Shown here: piece after piece, positions 1-8,840 of the stretch
How the letters are laid out: every line of letters begins with the position of its first letter
Position numbering within the stretch: position 1 is the first letter of the stretch
NCBI GenBank assembly: GCA_964392445.1
Contig: CAYMPD010000014.1
Span: 1 to 32,916 of the forward strand
Source of the DNA: an uncultured archaeon
Lineage (GTDB): Archaea; Aenigmatarchaeota; Aenigmatarchaeia; CG10238-14
Length of the DNA: 32,916 nucleotides
Direction: 5' to 3'
The notes under the pieces: model-generated
The model's input: the letters and a program-made list of their open reading frames with translations, nothing else
What the model was told of the DNA's origin: nothing
The model's database searches: none
Position numbers and translations under genes: made by a program

Positions 1-55
1 TAGTGGTTGTTGTTGGGGATGTAGTGGTTGTTGTTGGGGATGTAGTGGTTGTTGT
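1..55. repeat. 21-bp coding tandem repeat TAGTGGTTGTTGTTGGGGATG (TSPTTTT on minus strand), about 2.6 copies, continuing past the edge
   Basis: Exact units at 1-21 and 22-42, partial unit at 43-55. Confidence 0.9.
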
Positions 56-895
56 CGTGGTGGTTCCCGAGCATGGATCCGTATTGTCATCCAATTCGGA
101 TTGGCACCAATCACCATGCCCACAACTGCCTGAAATTATTACAAGATCTCTTACATCTATTCTACCGTCTTCTACAAATTCATTATTATTTAATCGGTTA
201 ATATCAATGTCATATCGATAGTCATAGTTAGGATCACCACACTCAGATCCCCATCTGGATTTAGCTTCCCTCAAAAGCGTCCGACAAGAATCGGGTGGGC
301 AATCAAATGTAGTGGTTGTTGTTGGGGATGTAGTGGTTGTTGTTTGATCTACTGGTTCCCAAATTACATTCCTATCAGTTTCACAACTCAAAGCACTGTC
401 ACTCCAACATCTTTCCACTTCAATACGTTCTATTACTAGCTTATCTGACGAATCTATATTTTTTAGAATTGTAAGATGAGTGCCACCTCTCCATGACCTT
501 GGTCTACTACCAAAAGTAGCAGTTGTTATAGAATCACTATCAGTTATAGTGTAATCTGTAACCCCGTCTAACGATGGGTCATCTATATAATTAAATCTCC
601 TTCTAAAGTCAACAGACCCACCTATTGTTTTATAAGTCAATCTAATCCTCCCTTGTCCATCTCTACTAGGTATCCAACTATTACTTTCTCCAATTTCTAA
701 AGTTTCTCCTGGACATAAAACTTTATCTAAGCTACAGTCTTCCGCATCTAAAGAAAAACTACTAAAAAAAGTCCTAAAAATACTCTTAAAAGTATCAAAA
801 ATATTACTTCCAATATCTTCCAAACTAAGTGCAAATACCCCGGAGAAAATAAGCAAAGAAACAGCAAACACCAAAAAAATCTTTTTATCTATCAT
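1..895 (-). CDS. Secreted/surface protein, N-terminal 298 aa only (runs off left edge): signal peptide, Thr-rich linkers, dockerin/EF-hand-like module. Not in the ORF track.
   Basis: Manual translation from ATG at 895 is open to position 2: MIDKKIFLVFAVSLLIFSGVFA (signal peptide)...QTTTTTSPTTTTTFDC...RWGSECGDPNYDYRYDI...DGRIDVRDLVIISGSCG...TTTTTTTSPTTTTTSPTTTT. TTTTAAAT box ~24 nt upstream (926-919) fits a leaderless start. Confidence 0.9.
   Translation of the reverse strand, partial: MIDKKIFLVFAVSLLIFSGVFALSLEDIGSNIFDTFKSIFRTFFSSFSLDAEDCSLDKVLCPGETLEIGESNSWIPSRDGQGRIRLTYKTIGGSVDFRRRFNYIDDPSLDGVTDYTITDSDSITTATFGSRPRSWRGGTHLTILKNIDSSDKLVIERIEVERCWSDSALSCETDRNVIWEPVDQTTTTTSPTTTTTFDCPPDSCRTLLREAKSRWGSECGDPNYDYRYDIDINRLNNNEFVEDGRIDVRDLVIISGSCGHGDWCQSELDDNTDPCSGTTTTTTTTSPTTTTTSPTTTT
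310..343. repeat. Second copy of the same 21-bp Thr-linker unit (1.6 copies)
   Basis: 310-330 is identical to 1-21; 331-343 is a partial unit. Confidence 0.9.
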
Positions 896-938
896 ATACT
901 AACTTTAGGATTAACTCAATTTAAAACTTACGATAGAA

Positions 939-2123
939 CTAGAAAGGCCACCATTTAAACTTCTCTTTCTTTTCTTTTTCTTTCTTTTCTATTTTCTCAA
1001 TTATTTTTTTCATTTCTTTTTTAGCCTTCTTAGCAGCCTTCTCATCATTACCGACGCCAGAAGTATTTCCGACACCTATCAGAGCAATAGCACCTTTCTT
1101 CTCAGTCCTTTCTATAATTTTATCTAATCTCTCCATAACCTTAGGTGAAGCATCAAGAATAGACCTTTTAATCGGCATTATTGCCTCTTCCTGGCTCATT
1201 TTAATAACAATTGTATCAAACGGAATTTTCTTTTTGACCGCTAGCTCTTCAATATATACCCTTTCAACACCAATTCCCCCCATAGCAACACCTACACCTT
1301 CAGCAATTGTCCCTGTTTTCTCACCTTCCAACTTAGCAGCGGCATCAATGGTAATAATATGTGATATTTTTTGCTTCTTTGCAATCTTTCCCAACACTCT
1401 CCCAGGGTTACCCGTCCTTCCACCTGGGCCCTTAGCTTTGATAACAATGACTTTTCTGTTCTTGTATTTTTTCTTAGAAACAACAGTGTCCTCATCCACC
1501 TCTTTAACCTTCGAATCCCCTATAAAATTAGCAGCAACATAAGGACCGATACTATCACCAATCATCCAACCATTAGTCAAAGCCTCTGTTCCCTTCAACA
1601 AAGATTTCGCAATCCTCTCAATCAAAGGTAACTGCATCTGAAGTATCATCGCGTAATACTGGCTCTTGGTCTTTTTAGTTAATTCCAAAAAGTGCCTGAC
1701 TATCTTGGTGATCTGATAAAGACTCATAGAACCCGACAAGCCCATCATCAAGTGGGCTTTCTCTTCCTCAGATAAATCAGGAGCAATCTGATTCACGAAA
1801 TACTTGAACCTATCCTTTTGTTGATCCACTAGAAATTCAAATTTATTAACTATCCCATAAGGATCTAAATCCACCGGAGAAATAGCAAAAAATTCCATAA
1901 AATTATCTATCTGTTCTTTTAAATTCTTACTAGGCTTCTTTTTTATCTTCTTTAAAACCATCTTTTCGGCTTTATTGGACATGGATTCCAATTTTAAGGT
2001 CGCGTTCTCTAATTTTACCATCATCTGATAAACTACAAGCTTAGGCAAAGCGAAACCTAGGAAAAATATCCATAAAACCATGTTAAATATTTGAGACCAA
2101 ATGTCAGTTGGGATTATATTCAA
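939..2123 (-). CDS. DUF1512 family protein (N-terminal TM; C-terminal domain related to GPR/YyaC-type peptidase fold)
   Basis: Motifs GDSIGP, KAKGPGGRTGNPG, IDAAAKLEGEKTGTIAEGVGVAMGG, GVGNTSGVGN. TTG start with GGTGA RBS upstream. Confidence 0.8.
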   Translation of the reverse strand: MNIIPTDIWSQIFNMVLWIFFLGFALPKLVVYQMMVKLENATLKLESMSNKAEKMVLKKIKKKPSKNLKEQIDNFMEFFAISPVDLDPYGIVNKFEFLVDQQKDRFKYFVNQIAPDLSEEEKAHLMMGLSGSMSLYQITKIVRHFLELTKKTKSQYYAMILQMQLPLIERIAKSLLKGTEALTNGWMIGDSIGPYVAANFIGDSKVKEVDEDTVVSKKKYKNRKVIVIKAKGPGGRTGNPGRVLGKIAKKQKISHIITIDAAAKLEGEKTGTIAEGVGVAMGGIGVERVYIEELAVKKKIPFDTIVIKMSQEEAIMPIKRSILDASPKVMERLDKIIERTEKKGAIALIGVGNTSGVGNDEKAAKKAKKEMKKIIEKIEKKEKEKKEKFKWWPF

Positions 2124-2181
2124 ATTAGTTCACCACATAAGTTTAACTAGTTATATTATTATAAATTTATATAGGATGTAT

Positions 2182-2871
2182 ATGGTCAATTGGAAAGCCA
2201 TCCTAAGTTTGTTTATAATATTTGCGATATTTGGATTATTATTATTTTCCCCAAAAGGACAAAAAATAACTGGTAATTTCACAAAGCCGGTCGGTTCTTT
2301 CTTTAAAGGTATCACCGGAAAGGTGACTAAGTCTGGGGGAGGTGTAGGTTCCAATAAGCTTGATATTATTATAGAAGGTGTTGATACTTCTAGCTTAGGA
2401 GACACAGAAATAACTATAGAAGGTAACCAAATACAAGGTAAATTAGATTATGAGTTAATATCTCTACTGGAAAGTAAGATTGATTTTGATGATAGAATTA
2501 TTAATTTGAAAACTGGAAGTTTAATCGGTACTGTAAGTTTTTTTAGAAATGGGAACATGAAAATTGAAGGTAAAACTAATTCTTTAAAACTTAATGATAT
2601 GGAAATTAGTAATCCGAATATAGATTTTTTAATTGTTGGAGATCCTATAACTTATGAGATTGAAAATATTGAGAAGGATAAATTACTATTTTCTTATCTG
2701 GCTGGTTCACTGAAATGTTCTCAATTAACGGGAGGTAGTCTCATGCTAAACAATGATCAACTAGAACTAATCAATTTCGAAGGTTCAATCAAGCAAAGTA
2801 ATCAATCAGTTATTATCAGCGGGCAAGTTGATAGGATGGTACTGAATGGTGTTGATATTTCTAAAGCTTAG
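2182..2871 (+). CDS. Hypothetical protein with N-terminal membrane anchor and beta-rich soluble domain
   Basis: ORF track starts at 2101, overlapping the divergent DUF1512 gene. ATG 2182 (or 2176) directly precedes the hydrophobic segment WKAILSLFIIFAIFGLLLF. Confidence 0.75.
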   Translation: MVNWKAILSLFIIFAIFGLLLFSPKGQKITGNFTKPVGSFFKGITGKVTKSGGGVGSNKLDIIIEGVDTSSLGDTEITIEGNQIQGKLDYELISLLESKIDFDDRIINLKTGSLIGTVSFFRNGNMKIEGKTNSLKLNDMEISNPNIDFLIVGDPITYEIENIEKDKLLFSYLAGSLKCSQLTGGSLMLNNDQLELINFEGSIKQSNQSVIISGQVDRMVLNGVDISKA

Positions 2872-2991
2872 GGTTATGAGTAAACAATAAGATAGATACA
2901 ACCCACATCATTCCCATTCAATTAAAATCTGATTTAATACAATAAATAACAGGTAGAATAACTTTTCAATTAAATCTCATCTAAATTTATG

Positions 2992-5900
2992 CTACACACA
3001 ATAACCCCATTGACTACCACTTGAAGTTGTCTGGCAGGGATCACATTCTAAACCTTCATTGCAACTATATGTGGAGGTCCCATCTGGTTCTAATTTACAG
3101 TAAGAACCTAATTCACCGTCCTGCTGAAGATTGGAAATACATTTCATTATATCAAGAATATCTATATCACAGTCACCGTCATAATCATATTGAAAACACT
3201 CGGTCCAATCTTCATCTGATCTTCTGCTGTTCCAACAACTAATCAGACCACAGAATTCAGAACCTGGACATGGATCCGGAGCTGGTTTAGGATTACATGG
3301 TATCGTAGTGGTTGTGGTGGTTGATTGGTATGGATTACACCATTCTTCAGGCGCTAGAAATTTAATCGTATATTTACCTTCTGGTAACTTATCCCAATAC
3401 CAATGAGCCATAGGAACTTGTGGGTTCCAGTAGGTTCCATAATTTATAGCCGGATGAGGAGGACTACCATACAAAGATAGAGCATCATCCTCAGATGGTT
3501 CTTCAGTAGGCTCGACTCCAAAGTAAACACCACTTACTTTACTCGATGACACTTCCTCAGTTATTGTTATTTCACGAGTTTGACCGGCATCACCTGGTGT
3601 TCCATGATTTACTACAAATGGTCTCCCTGGCCAAAAAATGTAAAGTGTTTCTGTCATGCCTATTGGCTCTATAGAAGGATCTTCACATACAGTTTCGTAT
3701 TCAATCACCCAGGTTTTTGGGCTAATTGTTGTAGTTGTTGTTGTGGTGGGTATTGTGGTTGTGGTGGGTATTGTAACTTCCAAATATCTACTCTTTATTG
3801 ATTCTGAATTCCCTTTTAGATCCTCTGAATAAAATCGAATGTAACCTGATGACCCTATCTCGATAGAAGAGGTATAGTCTTCTTCGGGCTCACATGTATT
3901 GGTTTGATCTAAACAGTAATAAGTACGACCGCAATCCAAATTATCACTACATTGCAAGGTTAATTCTAACTCCTCAAAAGAATGATCACATGAACCTCCA
4001 TTACATTTTATATTGGTACTAGGAGATGAAGCATCAACAATTGAATAATAATAATCCGCTCCCTCGCAAGTATCACTTGAAAAACCCATTGAATAATGTC
4101 CTATGTTAGATGCTCTACAATTTTTCCTACACCAACAATGGCCCCCACCTTGCCAAGAAGGACAACATTGGGATTTACTTACTATTAAACCTCCGCATCC
4201 TGTGATTCCTTGACCTGGATTAATATGAACATTGGTATGGCCGGCATCACTCTGGAAAACAATGTCAAAGGTCTCCCCAAGTCCTAATGGGTCCTCTAAT
4301 TGATTTTTTGAAGTCATAAAATTGTAAAGTTGTACTCCATCATCGCCACTATAACAATAGGGTAATCTATGTATATCAACCACTGTCTCATCCTCTTTTA
4401 TTTGATTCCATCCTTCTAAATATCCTTTGATTGTGTATTTACCTGCTTTTGGATAATTACATAGATCCTTAACAGTAAACTTTGTATTCTCAATTTTGGT
4501 CTGGTAAGAATTACCATAATCATCTGTTCTCCGAACCCAATCAGAATCTGGATTTGAAAAATCTGTATTGCTGTATTTGGCTTTAGTCCCCCCAGTTGAA
4601 TCACAATACAATCTGATTGCTAGTTCTTGTTCTGGTTGAAAACCTAGATTAGCTTCTAAGTCTACATCATAAAGTTCTATACCCCACCTTGAATCTGGAA
4701 CAGCCTCAAGTCTCAAAGGAGGTAATTCAATGTTAGCTGTTATATCGAAATAGGATTCACAGCTAGAAGCTGTGTGTCCTGTCTCCCTACAGGTGGCAAT
4801 AACTTTACATGCGTCTTCTCCGGGGGTTTTACATTCCTCTGGCACTTTTATGTTTAATGTATCAACACGTGCATCGCTACCACTTCCTAAATATTCATCC
4901 ACAGAAGTTGTCCACTGATTATCTTCCTTATATTTAACCATATACCAATATTTCGAACTCGAACCACATCTCCAATCAACATCAACATCGAAATCGGAAT
5001 CATGTGAATATGAAAGACTGGAAAGTTCGCAACCGGCAGATGGGGTTTGCACTGTAGTCGTGGTTGTTGTTTCAGATCCACCCTCAATGTAAATATAATA
5101 ATGACAACCTACTCCATCCACGTTGTATTCGTAACGAATCTTGCAGCCCTCAGGTGTATTACATTCAGCATTCTCAAATCTGATTCCATAAGCAGTATTT
5201 TCCTGTGAAATACCAAGACCGGATCCTGAATCCGTGAATGCGTCCCTGTCATCACTACCATCGAAAGCCCAATCACCACAACTCCCACCATCTCCACAAG
5301 ATGCCCAGTCATTAATAGCCCCTGTCCCTGTAGTTGTGGAACCATAATTTATAACCAAAGTTACATCTTCGCCCTGAGAGAGAGGATTATTTTGAGTTGG
5401 AGGTGACCTTGTAGATGATGGATGAGGTATTGCCCAATCTGAACCCAATGTATGGTCTTCAGTGTTTTCATACCAGTAGAGATCACCACATTCTATTATT
5501 GTGGTGGTTGTCGTGGGTATTGTAGTTGTGGTGGTTGAAGTTGTTACACTTGAGCCCTCTACGGTAAAAGTGAATTCTTGATCACTGTCTAATGAATTAC
5601 CATATAGATCTTTGACTTCCGAATCCACTACAACTCGATAAATTGATCCTCCATTAAGAGGATCTTGAGGTATAATCTTAACCATTTTAGCATCGTATGG
5701 CATGAAAATCTCAGGTGAACCATCTTTTTGGGGTATCTCCACTTCATTATCATCATAGATTTTAAAAGTATTCTGATTTATGGAATTAGTATTTAACCTT
5801 TCGTTAAAACTTACTGTGGGTTCTACATTCGTAGGTATATTTTGACCTTCTGGATAAAATCCTAAAACTTCTGGTGGTTCAGTTTCTTTTGGAATGTAAT

Positions 5901-8784
5901 AAACCCCGAATGACCAAGAATTGTCATTCTCATTGGTTTCCTGTATCTGATTATCACAATCCGCTATAAATTCTATTCTTAATGAACTATCTCTTCCAGA
6001 AGGTATATGAGGAAGTTCTAACCCATAGAAGTAAACATTACCATAAGAAACCTCTCCGGATAACATTGTCTCGTGGGATCCATATCCAATAACAAATCCA
6101 TTTTTCTTCCATTTCACATTAAATGTCCCCCCTGTATTCTCTGAACCCACATTTTCCAGTACAGCTTTCAAATCGACCTTCATTCCTTCTTTTAAGGAAC
6201 CACCAAACAATTCGTAAGAATCAGTATAAGGGCCTTGATGAGGATAAATCTTTATATCCGATACCTTGAGGTTAGATTGGGTGGTTGAACTTGAGCTCGA
6301 AGCTTGAAGCATTAATTGAGTTTGGACTGAAGAGCTGGATTTTTGGGAAAATGTTGTTCCTAAACATCTTGATATTTTTAATGTTGGATCACCGAAAAAT
6401 AAGACACCATAATCTCTCTTTCTATCAACTTCATGTTCACTCCACCAATTTTTATAAGCGCTCCCAAAGTTAATGCAAATATCTAGAGGAGTAAAGAATT
6501 TATCTAAATGGGGAGGGGGATACCAAATTTTACTTGAAGCAAAAGCCGTTAAACCATCATCTTGATTATTATTGGAAAAAATATAGGACTTTGCGATATT
6601 ATCTTCAACAAAAGGATTTGCAGGATTATCTGCAAGATAATAACGCCCATTATTACAAGAACTAAGTAGGAAGAATTCAGGTTCCATATTAATATCAACT
6701 ATGCTTTCTGCTAAAACATCCTCCCAAGTCATGCCTTGATCTGTTTCCACCATAAATGAATGACCCCATGGATGACCATGTACATCTAATCTAACAAATT
6801 CAATATCTTTCGAACTTGAACATAGGAGAGATAGATATTTCTCTGAAGTGGTCAATTCCGGTTCATTGATAGCTAAAATATTAGCATATGATTTTCCAAT
6901 ATGATTTTCATATATATTTTTATCACAGTAAAATTCATTGACATTAGCGTAACATAGGGCATTCTCTGAAACTTGCCTATTGGTACGATATTCATGATTT
7001 CTATCAAAATAGTTATTTATTACATCCTCCTCAGAGCCTAAAGAAGACATATGACTACCAGGCAATCTACCAACCCAAATCTCTGGTTTCATATCTCCAG
7101 TCACGATTGTATTACTTCTAATAAGCTCAACTAGAGGTCTATGAGTATCTAAATAACCATTACTGCCTCTCTGAGGATCGCAGTCTGGGGAATATGAAAC
7201 CGGTTTATTTTCAGTATCAAAACAGGTGGGCTCCAAATTATCTTCCCAATCATCATCCAAATCCATATAGTATAAATCAGAAATGAATAAATCATAATAA
7301 TTTGTGATCTTGACATTATTTCCATTTTGATTGATGACTGAATCTGTTATAAAATCCTCATAGCTCTCAAAAAAGGGTATAGGTAAATCACCAACTAAAA
7401 TAGCACCGTCCAAATTTTGATACATCCATTGATTTTTCAGTTCTTCCCTAAGATACATCGCCCCACCATCATTTTCAGTGGAATCATAATTTGCTAAATC
7501 CTCAGGGGGATCCCATGATAACTGTTCTACTTCATATCCCTCAGACTCCAAATCAGCCTGATATTGGTTTAGAGAAGATTGAATTTTAGGTCTTAGTTCT
7601 TCATTGATTATTATTAAAACCTTGACTCTTTCATGAGAATGAAATAAATCATAATCAAAAGAAATTCTAGCGTTCCCTCCATTTTCAAAATAATCTATTC
7701 TGAAATTATGGTAACCAGAGTTTAAATCAACCATAACTGACTCTTTTCCATAAGAAGATTCTTCCCACATATCTATTTCAAGTTCACCATCTATCCACAA
7801 TCTCGCTCCATCGTCAGAACCTAATGAGAATGTATATAACCCCCCTTCTTCAAAGTGAATTTTTGTCGAAGATTTGAAATTGATTTCATCCGACTTTTCA
7901 TATGCAATCAAATCTCCCCCCCACTTATTATCGAACTCTATATCATCCTCATTGGGTCCATTTCCCATACAATTACCGTCACTATCATACCAGACTCTCT
8001 GCCAAGTATCTTCCGGATAATTCAACTCGGAACAAGTACCAGGAGATGAAGGTTCCGAATCAGAGGGAGGACCCATAATTTCAAATGAGACTCTAGGATT
8101 TCCCATATCACCAGCATGAGGTATACCCCCATGACAATAAGCAATTGCAAAATCATGATAACCTGCTTTTAAGTACACTTCCTTGTCCCAATATTCGTAC
8201 GTCTCGTAACTATGGGCATTCAAAACTACTTCCCCATCAATCCACAACTTAACATCGTAATCTGTACCTATACGGAACTTATAGTTGCCACTAGTGGGGA
8301 TATTTATCTTTCTTGAGGATTGAAAACCTATATCATCCCATTTTTCATGGCTATAAGGTATTCGAGGGAGATTTCCTCCTGGTACTTGAAAGTCCTCCTC
8401 AAACCAAAGATTATCAAATTCTTCTCCCTCTTCATCTGGACCATCTCCTAAGCATTCACTATAACAGTCATTTGGATCTCCACAATTATCGGTCCATGGT
8501 TGGCAGTAATCAAACCAGACCCTCTGCCATACTGATGGAGAATATCTCAAATTAGAACATATTCCTTCTGTTGACTCTGACGCACTTGATTGACTTTTAA
8601 TACCCAAAATTGAAAATATTCTATTTAACATACTTCCTCCTGAAGGTTGAGTTTGACCTCCTGAACAAAAAGGGAAACCTTCAAAGGAAGGAATATCACA
8701 GATATCAATTGAGAAAACCAAAGCCGATCCTAAAAATAGAAAAGCCAAGAGAAAAGCCAAAATGGCTTTATTGAATCTTAACAT
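2992..8784 (-). CDS. 1930-aa secreted multidomain protease: signal peptide, 2x PA14, peptidase C25 (gingipain-like), CARDB, Ig-like (Big_5), Thr linkers, Cys-rich domains, C-terminal dockerin-like motif
   Basis: PA14-like motifs YKFRIGTDYDVKLWIDGE and YTFSLGSDDGARLWIDGE. C25-like motifs AILVGDLP, SDLYYMDLD, PEIWVGRLP, DVHG (His at 6778-6780), LSSCNNG (Cys at 6655-6657), FFGDPTL. CARDB-like ADCDNQIQETNENDN. Big_5-like VSFNERL...VKDLYGNSL. Dockerin-like DYDGDCDIDILD. Confidence 0.85.
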   Translation of the reverse strand: MLRFNKAILAFLLAFLFLGSALVFSIDICDIPSFEGFPFCSGGQTQPSGGSMLNRIFSILGIKSQSSASESTEGICSNLRYSPSVWQRVWFDYCQPWTDNCGDPNDCYSECLGDGPDEEGEEFDNLWFEEDFQVPGGNLPRIPYSHEKWDDIGFQSSRKINIPTSGNYKFRIGTDYDVKLWIDGEVVLNAHSYETYEYWDKEVYLKAGYHDFAIAYCHGGIPHAGDMGNPRVSFEIMGPPSDSEPSSPGTCSELNYPEDTWQRVWYDSDGNCMGNGPNEDDIEFDNKWGGDLIAYEKSDEINFKSSTKIHFEEGGLYTFSLGSDDGARLWIDGELEIDMWEESSYGKESVMVDLNSGYHNFRIDYFENGGNARISFDYDLFHSHERVKVLIIINEELRPKIQSSLNQYQADLESEGYEVEQLSWDPPEDLANYDSTENDGGAMYLREELKNQWMYQNLDGAILVGDLPIPFFESYEDFITDSVINQNGNNVKITNYYDLFISDLYYMDLDDDWEDNLEPTCFDTENKPVSYSPDCDPQRGSNGYLDTHRPLVELIRSNTIVTGDMKPEIWVGRLPGSHMSSLGSEEDVINNYFDRNHEYRTNRQVSENALCYANVNEFYCDKNIYENHIGKSYANILAINEPELTTSEKYLSLLCSSSKDIEFVRLDVHGHPWGHSFMVETDQGMTWEDVLAESIVDINMEPEFFLLSSCNNGRYYLADNPANPFVEDNIAKSYIFSNNNQDDGLTAFASSKIWYPPPHLDKFFTPLDICINFGSAYKNWWSEHEVDRKRDYGVLFFGDPTLKISRCLGTTFSQKSSSSVQTQLMLQASSSSSTTQSNLKVSDIKIYPHQGPYTDSYELFGGSLKEGMKVDLKAVLENVGSENTGGTFNVKWKKNGFVIGYGSHETMLSGEVSYGNVYFYGLELPHIPSGRDSSLRIEFIADCDNQIQETNENDNSWSFGVYYIPKETEPPEVLGFYPEGQNIPTNVEPTVSFNERLNTNSINQNTFKIYDDNEVEIPQKDGSPEIFMPYDAKMVKIIPQDPLNGGSIYRVVVDSEVKDLYGNSLDSDQEFTFTVEGSSVTTSTTTTTIPTTTTTIIECGDLYWYENTEDHTLGSDWAIPHPSSTRSPPTQNNPLSQGEDVTLVINYGSTTTGTGAINDWASCGDGGSCGDWAFDGSDDRDAFTDSGSGLGISQENTAYGIRFENAECNTPEGCKIRYEYNVDGVGCHYYIYIEGGSETTTTTTVQTPSAGCELSSLSYSHDSDFDVDVDWRCGSSSKYWYMVKYKEDNQWTTSVDEYLGSGSDARVDTLNIKVPEECKTPGEDACKVIATCRETGHTASSCESYFDITANIELPPLRLEAVPDSRWGIELYDVDLEANLGFQPEQELAIRLYCDSTGGTKAKYSNTDFSNPDSDWVRRTDDYGNSYQTKIENTKFTVKDLCNYPKAGKYTIKGYLEGWNQIKEDETVVDIHRLPYCYSGDDGVQLYNFMTSKNQLEDPLGLGETFDIVFQSDAGHTNVHINPGQGITGCGGLIVSKSQCCPSWQGGGHCWCRKNCRASNIGHYSMGFSSDTCEGADYYYSIVDASSPSTNIKCNGGSCDHSFEELELTLQCSDNLDCGRTYYCLDQTNTCEPEEDYTSSIEIGSSGYIRFYSEDLKGNSESIKSRYLEVTIPTTTTIPTTTTTTTISPKTWVIEYETVCEDPSIEPIGMTETLYIFWPGRPFVVNHGTPGDAGQTREITITEEVSSSKVSGVYFGVEPTEEPSEDDALSLYGSPPHPAINYGTYWNPQVPMAHWYWDKLPEGKYTIKFLAPEEWCNPYQSTTTTTTIPCNPKPAPDPCPGSEFCGLISCWNSRRSDEDWTECFQYDYDGDCDIDILDIMKCISNLQQDGELGSYCKLEPDGTSTYSCNEGLECDPCQTTSSGSQWGYCV

Positions 8785-8840
8785 GATAATTAATTGGGAA
8801 TTTTTGGTATTAAATGTTTTTTTGAATTAAATATCAGAAC

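Noticed and set aside
3-221. 72-aa plus-strand ORF (poly-Val) and the many other short ORFs antisense or out of frame within long genes (e.g. 1234-1542, 8794-9123, 18952-19368, 26840-27193)
   Set aside because: These are shadows of well-supported genes on the opposite strand or in another frame; the poly-Val mirrors the Thr linker.
1-343. 21-bp repeats as a CRISPR array
   Set aside because: The units are contiguous with no unique spacers, are in-frame coding, and there are no cas genes.
2917-2977. Direct repeat TTCAATTAAA(A)TCT and near-palindrome between convergent genes
   Set aside because: Short and very AT-rich, so plausible by chance; no functional context.
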